Below are positions 61,029 through 64,000 of a stretch of 64,000 nucleotides of DNA, in pieces. This stretch comes from Balanoglossus misakiensis. Its lineage: Eukaryota > Animalia > Hemichordata. Made by a program: the position numbers and the translations under genes. Position 1 is the first letter of the stretch. Each line of letters begins with the position of its first letter. Location: the NCBI GenBank assembly GCA_040954595.2, contig CM082579.2, forward strand, positions 15,104,550 through 15,168,549. The letters run 5' to 3'. A model generated the notes under the pieces. That model worked only from the letters and a program-made list of their open reading frames with translations, was not told the origin of the DNA and did not search any database.

Positions 61029-64000
61029 ATGCTTTAATCACAAAGAAGGGCAAGTTTAGTCTTACCACAACTTTGTCTGCTGTATATGCTTCATAAAGAT
61101 TGCAGAGTATTTTGAGAATACATTGTGTTAAGGCAGTGTGACCAGCTAAAAAGTACTGGCAAACACAGCCAATGTGTAATGAAAAACATCTAATTTGGCT
61201 GAATAAAAGACATAAAACACAGCAAAAGCACTGTGACTAGCTGAGACATAATACTCCATTATGCAGTTCCATCACTCCAAGTGTCAGGGATGTATCTGTG
61301 CCGGATGCCAAGATATAGGAATGTAGGTCAAAGTTTACCCAAGATCACCCAACATTTTGTCAAAAGATTTTGACCCCAAAGTTGTCCATGTCCAGGTTTC
61401 TACCGCAACTGGATAGCCTAGAATTAGATATGTACATATTTAATGAGGTTACCATGGATCAAGGCAGTCCTAAGTAAACCATCAAATTTTTAGTTTCATG
61501 TTAATTCATGTTAATATAAAACGCTGTATCTCTAACCCACTGGTATGCCATTCTGTGTTTCATGCTACCCAATATGGGTAAGTAGGTAAAAAGTCACCCT
61601 AGGCCATTTGAAATTTTGCTGAAAAAATCACGTCTCTTACATATGTACATTTGGTAAAAGGGAAATTTTAATCACGGAGTAGAACATATTCATAAAAAAT
61701 ATTTGAGGGAAAGAAGGAAGTTTTTCATAGCTTTGGTGCGTCAAATAGTAGAGAGGTTCCCTTGTTATCCTTAGACTCAAACTCAGAGTTTCCAATCTTT
61801 CAGTATTTTCATGATATTACTTTCCATCTTAGATTTGTTCATCTAAACAAACTGACTGATAGGTATACATGAACATTTTATTGACTAATGAATGTGCCTG
61901 TATGTTGCAATTTAAAGAAGTCAGATATTAAACGAGCGCCACACCTGTTTTAATCAGCCTCCATATGGAGGGTACACATCGCAGAGAGATGACAAACCCC
62001 ATGCAAATTCAAGTAATATGGCTCAATGGTGCTGATTTTAAAGGATAGGTGGATGATTTGAAAAATGTTATTGTGGAAAAAGATGTGTAAAATTTGGCAG
62101 CTTGTGAGGCTTTAATTGTAAAATCTTTGAAATGTGTTTTACTCTTTAGGTCCAATTTTGTATATGTCAATATACCATTGGGACCAATGTGAAATTGTTC
62201 TAAACTCAGAAACTCAAGAAGGTACTGGTCAGATTGCTTTAGAAATTGGTGTGTATTTATGTTATTGAGACTTTATACAGATTTTATTTTTCATTTTTGA
62301 AGTATATTTTGGGGTGATTTTGGTCGTCATATACTCAGAAACCTCTACCCACATTTTTTTTAAAATTTGGTTTGCATGTTCTTAGGTGTGATTTTATGAC
62401 AATTTAACAAACCCAGTGATGGAAGTGACAATATTTTTTTTTTTTTTTTTTTGGCAATTACTGCCATTTTTGTCTGATTGCTTTGCAATTTAGTTTGCAG
62501 TTTCTAGGGAATTCTTACTGTGGTGCACAAAGTTCACAAAGGTGATTTACTATCCTCATGCGCTTTGTTGAACTGGCACCCTGTTGCAAAACAGACATTA
62601 CAACACTCTTTGAATTGAATTCATAGCTACCAATTTTTCGGGGGTGTAGCACCTTTTTTATGCCTAAAACTTTGATCGAGAACTTCAAATTAAATGCAAC
62701 CCTCCAAATATTTGCAATATTTCAGGTATAATGATTTAATTTTAAAGCATAAATTTTGATGTATTCATAATCATTAAGAGAAACACATTTTGAAAATAGA
62801 ATATTAATCACACTAGCAGTCATAATACTTTTGAATCATCACTAAAGAACATATAGAAAAATTAAACAGGTGTTAATTATTTATATTTGAACGCAAAGCG
62901 TAAATTCCCTTGTGCCATGGAATTGACAATCTGCAACTGGTGGGGTCCTTCTGCCAGTAAAAAGCATCAGATAAATTCTGCATGCTCATCACCGAGGCAA
63001 TTTAGGTGTACTTTTGTACTTTAAGAACTGTCGGTTTTCGCAACTGAAACTCTGTTCACAGGACAGAGGAAAAACTAGAATGACAACAGCTATGTAAGCT
63101 AACAAAAGGAACACAGAGCATAGTTCTCCATACTCACATTTTAATGCAATAATTTTTGCTGAAACTGGGGCGTCCGTGGGCAGGCAAAGGCAGTTCTAAC
63201 TCGACTTGCAAATAAGGCCCATGTCTCTTGTTCGCTGAGATTGTCTGGTTCTAATAATAGCTGTAAGAACTTGATCATTGACCGAACTGTTGGTTCAATT
63301 TTGCAACATTTTATGATTTCAAGCTGTGCAATATTTGCAACTCAGTTTCAACTTTGGTTGGAGGGATGATGATGAAGCCATTTCACTGACAAAATAGCGC
63401 TACTGACTGATGTCAATGTTTGTTTACAGTCAAATGCATTGCCATCATAAAAATACATGTGAGAAATTTCTTATGTGTATGATACACACTTTTGTGCATG
63501 ACTGCAAACTGTGTTACAGTTGTGAAATTCTAAGGGTTGAATTCATTGGGTAGAATTCATGTTTTTTGGATTCTTAAACAACCAGTCACGAAAGCTAAGT
63601 GGTTACCTCAGAGAAGCTGTGTTAAATTTGGTCATCAATTGCTTTAAATCACACAAGACATTCCCAGAGCTAAAGTTACTGCAGCAGTCAGTTTCAACTC
63701 AGCTTGCAAATTGGGATCATGTCTTGTGTTCATCGAGACTGTCTGTAGTCGAGTTGACAGTCCTATGGGGTCAATGATGAACCTACAAATGTTCTTTCCA
63801 ATGAAATTGTTATAAATCTAATATTCAGGATTTGCATTCATACCTTAAACAATATAACTGTATTGCAAATATGGCAACTCTTCTAAGTTACATTGGAACA
63901 CCTTCTCGGCACTGTTTGTGCCAAAATGGTGAATAAGCTTTCATTTTCAAGCCTTAACATAGGCACCCAAAACAAGACAACAGCATTGCAAATATGGCAT

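Larger units (their letters stand above)
55209..64000. repeat. Right arm of the giant inverted repeat (runs off the window)
   Basis: Begins ATTGAGCATGCGCAG, the reverse complement of 48929-48943. The last 50 bp match 38697-38745. Confidence 0.93.

Overview
Eukaryotic, repeat-rich DNA, inferred to be from a marine invertebrate; no intact host gene is recognisable. (1) 1-20.6 kb is an AT-rich ~78-79 bp satellite with irregular higher-order structure, and all ORFs there are artefacts. (2) 20.6-21.65 kb is a 309-bp tandem array carrying CTCF-like motifs at the satellite edge. (3) 23.1-30.0 kb is a rearranged head-to-head pair of spliced RPA-like OB-fold pseudogenes around a palindrome that contains a 2.06-kb tandem duplication. 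(4) 30.0-31.5 kb is a GC-rich decayed ORF with a C2H2-like motif and a possible TatD-like start. (5) 31517-36404 is a full-length Ty3/Gypsy (Mag-like) LTR retrotransposon on the minus strand, with identical 204-bp LTRs but a broken gag. (6) ~38.7 kb to the window end is a giant inverted repeat with ~9-10 kb arms and a 6.3-kb spacer. Each arm is itself nested-palindromic, carries arm-specific transposon insertions, and holds a near-identical core with a duplicated, covarying stem-loop motif that is a candidate structured RNA. All identities and fuzzy boundaries were estimated by eye.
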